A DNA stretch of 59,439 nt from Vicinamibacteria bacterium (GCA_039932395.1 JBDTQB010000001.1:1-59439), one strand, 5' to 3'; numbered from the stretch's first letter, positions 47,628-58,146 are shown. The notes: generated by a model not told the origin, from the sequence alone. Translations and numbers: made by a program.

Positions 47628-50204
47628 ATGACCAGACTTCTGCGCCGCCTTCACTACCTTCTCAACCGACGCCGCTTGGACAACGAACTTGCCGAGGAAA
47701 TGGAGTTTCATCGCGAGATGGCGGCGAAGAGCGGCGGCATGCCCATGGGCGACGCGCTCCGACTGCGTGAGGATTCGCGTGAAGCGTGGGGCTGGACGTG
47801 GATCGATCGGCTTGGTCAGGACCTCCGCTACTCCTTCCGGATGATGCGCACGTCGCCCGGTTTCAGCTTTGCCGCAGTCCTGGTGCTGGGGATCGGAATT
47901 GGCGCAACGGTTGCCGCGTTCTCCGCCTTCAACATGATCGTCCTGCGCAAACTTCCCATTCGTGATCCCGACACCATCCTGCGCTTTCAGCGTCAGGGTC
48001 CGAAGGAGTTCTGGTCGGACGTGCCGTACACGCACACCGTTTTCTATCGCGAGCATGCCAAGACCCTGTCCACCGTGCTGGCCCTGACCTCCGCCCGTCT
48101 TGTGGTCGAGGAGGACGAGAAGTCTCCCATTACCTACTTCGTAACGAGCGACTTTCTGTCGGAGCTGGGGGCCTCCGCGCGTGTCGGCCGCATCTTTACC
48201 GCCGCCGACGATGGGCCGCAAGCACCTCCCGTCGTCGTGCTCGGGCATGGGTTCTGGCAGAGCCGGTTCGCGGGCGATCCTTTGGTGGTCGGGAAGACCA
48301 TTCACCTCAACGGGAAGACCGCCACCATCATTGGCGTCGCGGCCCAGGAGTTCAGCGGTCTGGGCGCTGACGCTCCGGGGTTCTGGGCCATGATCGGCCA
48401 GCATCCTTACTTCGTTCACGGCAGTGAGATCACAACCGACTTCACCGGCCAGCGAAACAGCGGTGTCGTGATGTGGGGGCGCTTGTGCCCGGGAGCGACG
48501 GCGGCAGGTGCCGAGACCGAACTGGCGACACTGGCGGCCCAACTACGCCAGGCCCATCCTGATGATGTCTGGGAGGGAGAGCGTCTTCCCAGCGAGCCGG
48601 GTGGGTACGCCCAGAACGTTGGTTCCACGAACCGAGGAAGCGACCGACCTCCCTCGTTGCGGACGCGGCTCTATCCAATCTTCGGGCTGGTCGGCGCTCT
48701 CGTGCTGCTGATCTTCGCCGTCGCCTGCGGAAACCTCGGCAGCCTGCTTCTGGCGCGGGGTGCGGCCCGTCAGCGTGAGATGTCGATCCGCGTCTCGGTG
48801 GGTGCGGGTGCGGGTCGATTGATCCGGCAACTGTTCACGGAGAGTCTGGTGCTGGCCGCTATGGGTTCCATTGTGGGCCTGGTTCTTGGCTCCGTTGTGC
48901 TCAGAGTGATCCTGGTCTGGACCGATGCGCCTGCGTGGCTCGATCCGTCGCCCGACGCACGGGTCGTTTTCTTCGCGCTGGCCGTCGGTTGCGCCGCTGC
49001 GATCTTCTTTGGATTGACTCCGGCCCTTCACATCGCGAAGCAGAAGGCGCGCATGACCTTCGGGCGCACCTTTCTGATTGGCGCACAGGTGGCCTCGAGC
49101 TGCGTGCTGCTGATCGTCGCGGGACTATTGATCCGCGCCTTTGATCGGGTCACGTCGTCCAGTCCCGGCTTCGAGTATCAGCACGTGATCAGCATTGATC
49201 CCGATCTCGGCTCCCATGGATATTCGCCCGCGCGAGCCCGCACCTACATTGACGATCTGCGTTCGCGGCTTCTCGCGACCCCCGGCGTGGAGTCGGTCGG
49301 AGTGTCGTCGACGCCGCCGCTGGGCGGTTCGCGCATCATGGCTTCGGTGGAAGTCGAGGGCCGGCAACTGGACATCTACATCCATCAAGTCGACGCGTCC
49401 TACTTGTCGACGATGAAGATTCCGATCGTCCGCGGACGCGACCTGGCACCCGGCGACACCCGGAGCATTCTCGTCAGCGAATCCATGGCGAGGCGTCGAT
49501 GGCCGAACGAGGACGCGCTGGGCAAGCCCTTCTCGACCGGGTCGGTGGATGAGGACGGTAAGCCCATCGACTTCACCGTGGTGGGCGTCGCCGGGAGTGC
49601 CCGTTCACTCGCCTTGAAGGATCCCGAGGCGGTGGAAATGTATCGGCTGGTAGGCGAGAACGGTTTCGCCGGCGTCACGCTTCTGGTCAGAACGGCCGGC
49701 GCGCCTGAAACGCTGACTTCTGTTGCCATGAAGGCGGCGAAGGCCCTCGATCCGGAGATCACGCCGCGGGTTCAGCTTCTGAAAACGCTGTTCCGCCAGA
49801 ACGTCCGCGACGTGGAGCGGAGTGCCTTCGCGGTGACAGCACTTGGCGTCATCGCCCTGCTGGTTGCCTGTCTCGGCATCGTGGGATTGGTCGCCTATGC
49901 CGTGTCACAGCGGACCAAGGAAATCGGCATCCGCATGGCGCTGGGCGCCGAGCCGACTCACATCCTCACAAGTCTCGCTCATCAGTTCCAGAGGACGGTC
50001 GTGGTCGGACTCATCGTTGGCGTGGCGGGAGCGGCGGCGCTGTCTCAGGCCTTGCGACGCGAGCTCTACGGACTGAGCACGCTGGATCCGGTCAGTTACA
50101 TCGCGGCGGTGACGTTGTTTATCTTCGTGGTCGGCCTGGCCGCACTTCTGCCCGCGCGCAAAGCCCTTCGCGTGGATCCCCTCACCGCCCTCCGCTGCGA
50201 TTAG
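47628..50204 (+). CDS. ADOP-type duplicated MacB/FtsX-like ABC permease (no ATPase domain)
   Basis: Characteristic N-terminal extension LNRRRLDNELAEEMEFHREM. Two FtsX-type 4-TM modules separated by periplasmic MacB_PCD-like domains. Lies 9 nt after the PadR gene. Confidence 0.85.
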   Translation: MTRLLRRLHYLLNRRRLDNELAEEMEFHREMAAKSGGMPMGDALRLREDSREAWGWTWIDRLGQDLRYSFRMMRTSPGFSFAAVLVLGIGIGATVAAFSAFNMIVLRKLPIRDPDTILRFQRQGPKEFWSDVPYTHTVFYREHAKTLSTVLALTSARLVVEEDEKSPITYFVTSDFLSELGASARVGRIFTAADDGPQAPPVVVLGHGFWQSRFAGDPLVVGKTIHLNGKTATIIGVAAQEFSGLGADAPGFWAMIGQHPYFVHGSEITTDFTGQRNSGVVMWGRLCPGATAAGAETELATLAAQLRQAHPDDVWEGERLPSEPGGYAQNVGSTNRGSDRPPSLRTRLYPIFGLVGALVLLIFAVACGNLGSLLLARGAARQREMSIRVSVGAGAGRLIRQLFTESLVLAAMGSIVGLVLGSVVLRVILVWTDAPAWLDPSPDARVVFFALAVGCAAAIFFGLTPALHIAKQKARMTFGRTFLIGAQVASSCVLLIVAGLLIRAFDRVTSSSPGFEYQHVISIDPDLGSHGYSPARARTYIDDLRSRLLATPGVESVGVSSTPPLGGSRIMASVEVEGRQLDIYIHQVDASYLSTMKIPIVRGRDLAPGDTRSILVSESMARRRWPNEDALGKPFSTGSVDEDGKPIDFTVVGVAGSARSLALKDPEAVEMYRLVGENGFAGVTLLVRTAGAPETLTSVAMKAAKALDPEITPRVQLLKTLFRQNVRDVERSAFAVTALGVIALLVACLGIVGLVAYAVSQRTKEIGIRMALGAEPTHILTSLAHQFQRTVVVGLIVGVAGAAALSQALRRELYGLSTLDPVSYIAAVTLFIFVVGLAALLPARKALRVDPLTALRCD

Positions 50205-50206
50205 GT

Positions 50207-50223
50207 AGGGAGGGCCGCTCCCT
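50207..50223. terminator. Short GC hairpin (AGGGAG-ggccg-CTCCCT) between convergent permease genes; possible bidirectional terminator
   Basis: 6-bp perfect stem and 5-nt loop, seen directly. No U-tract. Confidence 0.25.
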
Positions 50224-50236
50224 GCCGGCCACCGAC

Positions 50237-52561
50237 TCACTCGTAGCGCAGAGCTACATTGGGTTCCACGCGTATCGCCTTCACCGCCGGGCGCCACATC
50301 GCAACCAGCCCGACGATCGTGATGAGTAGGCCGACGGTCACGTAGTTCATCAGGTCGAGCGGCCGCACTCCTGCGGGCAAGCCCCAATGCCGCATCAAGA
50401 AACCGCTGACGATCGCGCCGACGGTTCCCGCTGCCAGTCCGGAACCCAGCGACCCCGTGGCGGGCTTGAGGATCGCCATGAGGATGTGCCGCGGCCGCGC
50501 TCCCAGAGCGGTTCGGATGCCGATCTCTCGAGTCCGTTGTCGAACGAGGTACTCGGACAGACTGAAGATTCCCATCGCCGTCAGGGCCAACGCAAAGGCG
50601 CCGAATTCGCCAAACACCCGACTGCTGAGGGCAGCACCCGGCGACGTGCGGCTTAACCAGAGGCTTCCGGGAGTGGCGTCCAGTTGAAGCCCTGCGTCCA
50701 CCGACGCCGCAATCGATGGCGCGCGCTGACGGAAATGCCTTTCCGAATCGCGGACGAAGAACAGGTTCATGTCCTTCGCGAGGATCGGTCGATAGGAGGC
50801 AGCCTCCCCGATGGACCGATCGCGGACCACGCCGATGACTTCGAGCGGCGCGGAGGTGGAATTTGTCAGGGGGAGCGTGTGTCCGATAGCGCTCTCGCCC
50901 GGCCACAGAGTTTTGGCCAGGGTCTCGCTGAGGATCACGACGCCGTCGTTCGTGTCGTTGGTTGTGAACGTCCTGCCTGCTGTGAAGGGAAGACCCATGA
51001 CGCCGAAATACCCCGCCGAGACATCCAGGGTGATCCGCTGGCCCGGTTCTTGAGCGACGGGTTCATTCCGTGCGGCCGCGATGTTTTTGGATCCAAACCC
51101 GGTCACGAGAGCATCCAGCAGTCGCTGCTGCGCCTGGGCCACACGGGTTGGGTCGTAGCCCTCCGGGAACGTAGGACGAACCATGACGAGGGATTCCATC
51201 CTGCGTGCGAGTTGCTGCGTCTGAACGTAGGTGTCGCTGCGCAACACCAGGCCGGCGATCCCCAGTGCCATCACCGACACGAAGGCCTGAACGGACGAGA
51301 GCGATGTCCTGAGCGCGGGGGCGGCCTGGCCGTTCGAGTCCTTCAGCACTTCGTTTGCTTTCAGGCCGGTGACCTTCAGCGCTGGAGACAATCCGAAGAC
51401 TATGCACGCGAGTGTCGACAGCATCAGAGTCCACACAAAAATACGAGTGTCCAGGCGGAAACCGATCTGCATCATCTGCGCGAAGTCGGGGACGCTGCTG
51501 AAAACGTGGGAGGGCAGGAAGCTCGCGAAGGCGATCCCTACAAGGCCCGCGGCGAGAGAGAGGACGAACGCCTCCACTAAAAACTGCCGGAGCAGACGAC
51601 CGCGGGTTGCGCCAAGGGAGAGGCGCACCGCGATCTCTCCTCGTCGGGCATGGCCCCTGGCGAGCATCAGGTTGGAGACGTTCGCGCACGCGATCATGGT
51701 GAGGAAGGCGATGGCGAGCGTCCAGGTGAGGACGGTGGCGCGTGCGCGTGGTGAGGCCGATGTCTGGGCGTAGGTCTCGGGTGTTTCCAGCGTGAGGCTC
51801 ACAGGTTTCAATCCAAGAGAGGCTCGGAACTGCTGCCTCAAAGGGTTGAGTTCAGCTTCCGCCTGCTTCGCCGTGACTCCTTCCGCAAGCCGACCCACCG
51901 CGAACACCTCCTGCCGAGGGTCAGAGTCATTCTTCGTCTGGGCAACCACGGGCCGCGGGTCCAGCGCGGCCCGCGCCGCTAAAGACGTCCAGAAGGGAAA
52001 GCGGATAATGCTGCCGGCGCCGTTAAACCCGGGCGCCACCACCCCCACGATGGTCAGCTTCGAGCGGCCGAAGGGAATCCTGGTGCCAATGACGTTCGGA
52101 TCGCGACCGAAGAGTTCCGCCCAGCTCTGGTCGCTGATCACGATCTCCGGTTCCGATCCGGAAAATCGGTCATCGGTGTCGGTGAACATCCGTCCGAGCG
52201 CGATCTTGACCCTCAGAACATCAAAGTAGTTCGGGGTGACGTATTGATAGAGGGTCTGCCGCCCGCCGTTCCGCTGATCGGCGAATCTGAATCCAAGGGC
52301 CACACCTGCCACCCCGTCGAAGGACCGCGCGTGTTCGGCCCAAAGGTGCAATTCCTCCAGGGACATCGAGACGGGCACGGTCACGATCCGTTCCGGATTC
52401 GGCACGGGCCAGATACGCGACCACGATAGATCCGCCATAGAGAAGAGGGCGGTGCTGATACCCATGGTGCTTCCCAGCGTGAGAACGATAATCAGAGCGA
52501 AGCCCGGCTGTCGGCGAATCTGCCGAAACGCGTATGCGACGTCTTGCCGGATCCCGTTCAT
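50237..52561 (-). CDS. Duplicated MacB/FtsX-like ABC permease (ADOP paralogue)
   Basis: MNGIRQDVAYAFRQIRRQPGFALIIVLTLG.. Two FtsX modules. C-terminus RVEPNVALRYE. The longest ORF starts at 52594. Confidence 0.85.
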   Translation of the reverse strand: MNGIRQDVAYAFRQIRRQPGFALIIVLTLGSTMGISTALFSMADLSWSRIWPVPNPERIVTVPVSMSLEELHLWAEHARSFDGVAGVALGFRFADQRNGGRQTLYQYVTPNYFDVLRVKIALGRMFTDTDDRFSGSEPEIVISDQSWAELFGRDPNVIGTRIPFGRSKLTIVGVVAPGFNGAGSIIRFPFWTSLAARAALDPRPVVAQTKNDSDPRQEVFAVGRLAEGVTAKQAEAELNPLRQQFRASLGLKPVSLTLETPETYAQTSASPRARATVLTWTLAIAFLTMIACANVSNLMLARGHARRGEIAVRLSLGATRGRLLRQFLVEAFVLSLAAGLVGIAFASFLPSHVFSSVPDFAQMMQIGFRLDTRIFVWTLMLSTLACIVFGLSPALKVTGLKANEVLKDSNGQAAPALRTSLSSVQAFVSVMALGIAGLVLRSDTYVQTQQLARRMESLVMVRPTFPEGYDPTRVAQAQQRLLDALVTGFGSKNIAAARNEPVAQEPGQRITLDVSAGYFGVMGLPFTAGRTFTTNDTNDGVVILSETLAKTLWPGESAIGHTLPLTNSTSAPLEVIGVVRDRSIGEAASYRPILAKDMNLFFVRDSERHFRQRAPSIAASVDAGLQLDATPGSLWLSRTSPGAALSSRVFGEFGAFALALTAMGIFSLSEYLVRQRTREIGIRTALGARPRHILMAILKPATGSLGSGLAAGTVGAIVSGFLMRHWGLPAGVRPLDLMNYVTVGLLITIVGLVAMWRPAVKAIRVEPNVALRYE

Positions 52562-52612
52562 CGCGCTGCCTCCCATTTTGGGACGATCGAACACAGCTTG
52601 CCCCGATAAATG

Positions 52613-55039
52613 CTACTCGGCCCGCAGCGCCACCAGCGGATCGACCCGGGTGGCTCTTCGGGCCGGGACGTAGCAGGCGAGAAGCGCCACACCCATGAGG
52701 ACGAGGGGAACGACGGAGAAGGTCGGCGGATCGGCCACGCTTGTCTGGAACAACATACCGGCCATGGTGCGGGCGAGGCCAAACGCAGCCACCAGACCGA
52801 CCGCTATGCCGATGAACGACATCTTCACTCCGAAGCGCAGCACCATTTTTGAGATGTCGCTGCGCTCGGCGCCCAGCGCCATGCGGATGCCAATTTCCTG
52901 CGTCCGCAAGGCAACGGCATAGGACATGACTCCGTAGATACCGATCGCGGCGAGCAGGAGCGCTACGGCTGCGAACACACTGATTAACTCGACCGCCAGT
53001 CGCCGCTGAGCGGTCTGAGACGAGATGATTTCGTCCAGGGTGCGCACCGCGTAGAGCGGCAGTTCGGGATCGACGCGGCGGACTGCTTCACGCACACCGG
53101 AAGTCAGACTGGCGGGGTCGCCCGCGGTCTGTACGAGGATGGTCGCGGTGCCGAAATTGCGCTGATAAAACGGCTGGTACAACTCGGATCGGGACGGCTG
53201 ATCAACGCCGTAGTTCTTGACGTGCGCCACTACACCGACGACTTCCATCCAGGGCTGCGACATGTCCTGTAGTCCCCCGAATTTCACGCGTTTGCCGAGG
53301 GAACTTTCGCCAGCAAAGTGGGTCTTCGCGAACAGCTCGTCGATGACGCAGATCGGCGGTGTGTCGGCGCGATCGGAATTGGCGAAGACGCGCCCTTCCA
53401 CGAGACGCACGCCCATCGTCTTGAAGTAGTCGGGCGTGACGCGAGCCAGGTCCGCGGAAGGCCGCTGTCCGGGAAGCGGTTCGGGCCGTCCCTCTACGTT
53501 GAACGAGCTTTGGTTTCCGCCGAGCAACGAGCTGGTCACCGCGACGGAGCGGACGCCGGGCGCGGCCTGGATCTGGGCAAGCACCTGCTCGATCAACGCG
53601 GTGCGTTTCTCCAGTTCGGCGAAACGGGCGGGCGGCATGGGCAGGTTGTCGGCGAGGACACCTGTCGAGCGGATGCCATTGTCTGCGTCGATGACGTGGA
53701 AGAAGCTGCGCAGCAGAAGCCCCGCGCCGATCAAGAGAACAAGAGCCAGCGAAATCTCAGTAATGACGAGCGCGTTGCGCAGACGGTGCTGACCAGGGGT
53801 CGCGGTGCCCCGACCGGTTTCCTTCAATGTGTCGTTGATGTCCGTGCTCGACACCTTCCATGCGGGAGCGAGTCCGAACACAAGTCCGGTCAAGAGAGCC
53901 ACGAACGCGGTGAACGCGAGGACGGTTCCATCGAGCCCGATCTCGTCGGCACGCGGCACGTTCGCGGGAAGGCTGGCCACCAACGCCCGCACGCCGGCGT
54001 AGGCCAGTCCGATGCCGACCAGTCCACCGAGCGTCGACAGCAAGACGCTTTCGGTGAGGAGTTGACGAATCAGCCGCCATCGATTCCCGCCGACCGCCAT
54101 GCGCAACGCGACTTCCCGCTGACGATCCGCCGCGCGCGCCAGGAGCAGATTCGCGACGTTCGCGCACGCGATGAGAAGAACCAGCAGCACCGCGCCAAGC
54201 AGGAGAAACATCGCAGGCTTGAGATCGCCGATGACGGCGTCGAGTAAGGGCTCAACGGTCATGCTCTGACGCGCATTCGACAGCGGATGCTCCTCGGTCA
54301 GCCGCTTCGCCAATGCCTTCACATCAGTGCGCGCCTGCTCCACTGTGACGCCCTTCTTGAGGCGGCCTACGGCGTAAATCCCGGGATGATTGCCGCGCTG
54401 GTTCTCGCCGCCGAGTTTGTCCTCGAGCCACAGCAGGGGAGTGAAAGCGTCGGTGGTCTTCCAGGAAGAATGAAACGTGCCCGGCATGACGCCGATGACG
54501 GTGAAGCTCTCGTCGCTCAGAGTCAGGGCGCGTCCGATGACACCTGGATCGCGGCCGAAACGTCGTTCCCAGAATCCTTCGCTCAACAAAATGACGCGAG
54601 GCGCGCCCGGCTTGTCTTCGTCGGCGGTGAACGCGCGTCCGATCAGAGGCGCTTTCTGCAGCGTCTCGAACATGCCCGACGTGACCTGACGGACGTTGAC
54701 CCGCTCTGAATCGGGACCGACACCGGTGAGGATGAAGCTGGTGCTGTTCGATCCCATCACCGCGTCAAAGACCTGATTTTGATCGCGCAGGTCCTTGAAG
54801 TTCGCCACGGAGAAGCTCATCTCCGGCACCTGCTCTGACCATTCCGTCATGAAGACCAGTCGATCGGCGCCGTCGTAGGGGAGAGGACGCAGCAACACGG
54901 CGTTCACAACACTGAACACCGCGGTATTGGCGCCGATGCCCAGGGCGAGGGTCAGCACCGCGATGGCGGTGAATCCTTTGGATTTTCGAAGCATGCGGAG
55001 CCCGTATTGGATATCTCGCCAAACATTGTCCATGCGCAC
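52613..55039 (-). CDS. Duplicated MacB/FtsX-like ABC permease (ADOP paralogue)
   Basis: WRDIQYGLRMLRKSKGFTAIAVLTLALGIGANTAVFSVVNAVLLRPLPY. C-terminus RVDPLVALRAE. Confidence 0.85.
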   Translation of the reverse strand: MRMDNVWRDIQYGLRMLRKSKGFTAIAVLTLALGIGANTAVFSVVNAVLLRPLPYDGADRLVFMTEWSEQVPEMSFSVANFKDLRDQNQVFDAVMGSNSTSFILTGVGPDSERVNVRQVTSGMFETLQKAPLIGRAFTADEDKPGAPRVILLSEGFWERRFGRDPGVIGRALTLSDESFTVIGVMPGTFHSSWKTTDAFTPLLWLEDKLGGENQRGNHPGIYAVGRLKKGVTVEQARTDVKALAKRLTEEHPLSNARQSMTVEPLLDAVIGDLKPAMFLLLGAVLLVLLIACANVANLLLARAADRQREVALRMAVGGNRWRLIRQLLTESVLLSTLGGLVGIGLAYAGVRALVASLPANVPRADEIGLDGTVLAFTAFVALLTGLVFGLAPAWKVSSTDINDTLKETGRGTATPGQHRLRNALVITEISLALVLLIGAGLLLRSFFHVIDADNGIRSTGVLADNLPMPPARFAELEKRTALIEQVLAQIQAAPGVRSVAVTSSLLGGNQSSFNVEGRPEPLPGQRPSADLARVTPDYFKTMGVRLVEGRVFANSDRADTPPICVIDELFAKTHFAGESSLGKRVKFGGLQDMSQPWMEVVGVVAHVKNYGVDQPSRSELYQPFYQRNFGTATILVQTAGDPASLTSGVREAVRRVDPELPLYAVRTLDEIISSQTAQRRLAVELISVFAAVALLLAAIGIYGVMSYAVALRTQEIGIRMALGAERSDISKMVLRFGVKMSFIGIAVGLVAAFGLARTMAGMLFQTSVADPPTFSVVPLVLMGVALLACYVPARRATRVDPLVALRAE

Positions 55040-55158
55040 GTCCTCCGGGAAACGAAGTGAGCCTTGTAGTTTGAAGACGCTCTCCCTCTGGAAAAGGTTC
55101 CTAAGATCCTTCTGCGATCGCGCTAACCTCTAGCCGCTCTTGTCGTCCAAAGAGGAAT

Positions 55159-57678
55159 ATGAGCAACTTCATCGCCAGCCTGCGCTACGCCGTTCGTGGT
55201 TTGCGCCGCAGTCCGCTCTTCGCCTCAGTTGCGATTCTGTCGCTTGCCCTTGGAATCGGTGCCAACACTGCGATTTTCACCCTGATCGATCAGATCCTGC
55301 TCCGGAAACTTCCCGTGGTGGAGCCGGACCGGCTGGTGATGCTCTATCAGCAGGGCAATCACATGGGCAGCAACATGGGAGCACGCGCTCACTCGTATCC
55401 TCTCTTTCAGGATATTCAGCAGAAGGCGACGCCTTTCTCCGACGTTCTCTGCCGCCGCCTGACGGTTGCGACCGTGGCGGTGGGCCAGCAGACCGAACGC
55501 GTGCAGGCAGAGCTTGTGTCGGGCAACTACTTCACCATGCTGGGCGTTCAGCCGGCCGTGGGTCGCGTCTTCAGCTCGCCCGATGACGACAAGATTCCGG
55601 GCGGACATCCCTACGTGGTGTTGAGCTACGGCTACTGGGCCAGCCGATTCAAGAGCGATCCTCAAGTGGTCGGCACGACCATCCGCGTCAACGATTTCCC
55701 CATGACCATCGTCGGGGTTTCGGCGGAAGGGTTCGCGGGCTTGGATCCGGCGACGGGTCCGCAGATCCGCGTGCCCGTCATGATGAAGGAGGCGCTGATG
55801 CCGGAACTCGGCTGGCTGAAGATGGAAGATCGGCGCGCGCGCTGGGTTCAGGTGTTCGCTCGCCTCAAGCCGGGATACACCGTCGAGTCGGCAGCCGCGC
55901 CGTTGCAAACGCTCTTTACCCAGGTCCGCGCCGAGGAAATGACTCTGCCGGCCGCGAAGGACTGGTCGCCCTATTCGCGCACCCAGTTCATGAAGGGCAA
56001 GCTGCTGGCCGAAAGCGCGCCCGGCGGCTATTCAAGTCTGCGCAACGACTTCTCGACCGCGCTGGTGGTGTTGATGTGGATGGTCGGCCTCGTTCTTCTC
56101 ATCGCCTGCGCGAACGTGGCGAACCTGCTCATCGCGCGCGGCTTCATGCGGCAGAAGGAGATCGCGGTGCGCATCTCGCTTGGCGCGTCCCGTGGCCAGA
56201 TCGTGCGCCAGTTGCTGGCGGAGAGCCTGGTGCTGTCTTTCATGGGCGGAGTGGCGGGGATAGGAGTCGCCTTCGTGCTGACGCGCAGCCTGATCACTCT
56301 TATTCCGGCGGGCAGCCAGCCCCTTCTCATCACCCCTCACCCGGATCTCCGCATCCTGTCGTTCACATTCGCGCTGACCCTGATCACGGGCATCGTCTTC
56401 GGACTGGTTCCCGCTCTACGCGCGAGTCGGCCCGACCCGTGGACCACATTGAAGGACACCATCGGTTCGATCGCCGGCAGCGGGGGATCGTTGTTTCTCC
56501 GCAAGGGTCTGGTGACCGCGCAGGTCGCCTTGAGCTTCCTGCTGCTCTTCGGCGCCGGACTCTTCGTTCGTAGTCTCCAGAACCTCAAGACCAAGGACGC
56601 GGGCGTCGTGGTCGACAACCTCCTGACCTTCCAACTGTCTCCCGCGCTCAGCGGGTATGACAACGCGCGCGCCATGATTTTCTATCGGAACCTGCGAGAC
56701 CGTTTGAAGGCGTCGCCTGGGATCGAAGACGTGTCCTTCGCCTCCGTGGGCATCCTCGCTGGAGACGAGTGGGACTCATCGATGGGAGTGGAAGGGCATC
56801 AGATGGCCGACGGCGAAGACATGCAGGCCTTCATGAACGCGGTGGCGCCCGAGTACTTCAAGACGATGAAGATCCCGTTGCTCGAAGGCCGCGATTTCGT
56901 CGACGCGGACGGATTCGACCGCAGCGGCCCCGACGAGAAGCCCGGCGTCGCGATCGTGAACCGGAGTTTCGCCGAGCACTTCTTCAAGGGGCGAAGTGCG
57001 GTCGGCAGGCACATCGGCCAGAGCACCAAGCCCGACGCGAAGCTGCTGATTGAGATCGTGGGTGTCGTCGCCGACTCATTGTACGAAGGGCCGCGCGATG
57101 GCGTTCACCGTCAGGTCTTCCTTCCGAACTACGGAAAGAACAGCGCGGTTTTCTACGCCCGAACCCACACGGGTTCCGCGTCCGCGTTCAACATGGTGCG
57201 CGACCAGGTGAAGCTGCTCGATTCCAGTATTCCTGTTTATGGAACCAAGACCCTCGAAGGTCAGCTTGATGAGACTCTGTTGACCGACCGGCTTATTGCG
57301 ATGCTCTCGGCGGGCTTCGGCCTCCTCGCCACCTTGCTCGCGACGATCGGCCTGTACGGCGTGATGTCGTTCGTGGTGGCTCGCCGCCGCAAGGAACTCG
57401 GCATTCGTCTGGCGCTTGGAGCCGAGCCCGGGATCATTTTGTGGCTGGTGATGCGGGAGGTGTTGATGCTTCTCGGGATCGGGCTTGCGATCGGCGTTCC
57501 TGCCGCGATCGGCCTGGGCCGGTACGTCGGGTCTCAGCTTTACGGTGTTCAGGGTCACGATCCCGTTGTCGCCGTGGTGACGGTCATCCTGCTGAGCGTG
57601 GTGTCAGCCGCCGCCGGCCTGATCCCGGCGCGCAAGGCAAGTCGTATCGATCCGATCCTGGCTCTGCGTTACGAGTAA
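55159..57678 (+). CDS. Duplicated MacB/FtsX-like ABC permease (ADOP paralogue)
   Basis: LRYAVRGLRRSPLFASVAILSLALGIGANTAIFTLIDQILLRKLPV. C-terminus RIDPILALRYE. Confidence 0.85.
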   Translation: MSNFIASLRYAVRGLRRSPLFASVAILSLALGIGANTAIFTLIDQILLRKLPVVEPDRLVMLYQQGNHMGSNMGARAHSYPLFQDIQQKATPFSDVLCRRLTVATVAVGQQTERVQAELVSGNYFTMLGVQPAVGRVFSSPDDDKIPGGHPYVVLSYGYWASRFKSDPQVVGTTIRVNDFPMTIVGVSAEGFAGLDPATGPQIRVPVMMKEALMPELGWLKMEDRRARWVQVFARLKPGYTVESAAAPLQTLFTQVRAEEMTLPAAKDWSPYSRTQFMKGKLLAESAPGGYSSLRNDFSTALVVLMWMVGLVLLIACANVANLLIARGFMRQKEIAVRISLGASRGQIVRQLLAESLVLSFMGGVAGIGVAFVLTRSLITLIPAGSQPLLITPHPDLRILSFTFALTLITGIVFGLVPALRASRPDPWTTLKDTIGSIAGSGGSLFLRKGLVTAQVALSFLLLFGAGLFVRSLQNLKTKDAGVVVDNLLTFQLSPALSGYDNARAMIFYRNLRDRLKASPGIEDVSFASVGILAGDEWDSSMGVEGHQMADGEDMQAFMNAVAPEYFKTMKIPLLEGRDFVDADGFDRSGPDEKPGVAIVNRSFAEHFFKGRSAVGRHIGQSTKPDAKLLIEIVGVVADSLYEGPRDGVHRQVFLPNYGKNSAVFYARTHTGSASAFNMVRDQVKLLDSSIPVYGTKTLEGQLDETLLTDRLIAMLSAGFGLLATLLATIGLYGVMSFVVARRRKELGIRLALGAEPGIILWLVMREVLMLLGIGLAIGVPAAIGLGRYVGSQLYGVQGHDPVVAVVTVILLSVVSAAAGLIPARKASRIDPILALRYE

Positions 57679-57753
57679 ACGGTTCGTTCGGAGGCCGTCA
57701 TCCGTCTGTCATCATGAGCGTGATGGCCCGCCCGACTCTGCGCTCACGCTGCG

Positions 57754-58146
57754 ATGACTGACCTTTCCGCCACCGAGATCCTGGGCAGAAAGGCCCGCCG
57801 GGACACCTGGGTTGCATTCGTCGCCGCGGTGGTGATCGTGCTGCTGCTCGTCGTCGTCATGCGACGGGCGCGCCGCGTCCTGTCATTCGAGAAGGTTCAG
57901 ATCGGCCAGCTGATCGTGGTGGAGCCCAAGTACGCGTTCCCATCGAAGACGGGAGAAGCCTCCTACGGATACGTGCTGCGCACGGACGATGGACAGACCT
58001 TCGACGCGGAATTCCGTGAGCCGCTGACCCTGAATGAGCGCATCGCCGCCCGCTATGCGCTCATCAAGGGCACGTCAGCGATTCGTATGGACGCCTACGT
58101 CCGCTGCGGCTCTTCGCCCTGCGGATCCCAATCCCAACCGCAGTAG
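57754..58146 (+). CDS. Hypothetical single-pass membrane protein
   Basis: TM helix WVAFVAAVVIVLLLVVVM. Its 3' end overlaps the convergent ORF by 83 nt, so one of the two ends is doubtful. Confidence 0.4.
   Translation: MTDLSATEILGRKARRDTWVAFVAAVVIVLLLVVVMRRARRVLSFEKVQIGQLIVVEPKYAFPSKTGEASYGYVLRTDDGQTFDAEFREPLTLNERIAARYALIKGTSAIRMDAYVRCGSSPCGSQSQPQ

Noticed and set aside
47595-54247. Long antisense ORFs within the permease genes (47595..48542, 49905..50906, 50684..51580, 53318..54247)
   Set aside because: Each lies opposite a permease frame with clear FtsX/MacB-type TM and signature segments. Their translations are Arg/Gly/Pro-rich with no motifs.
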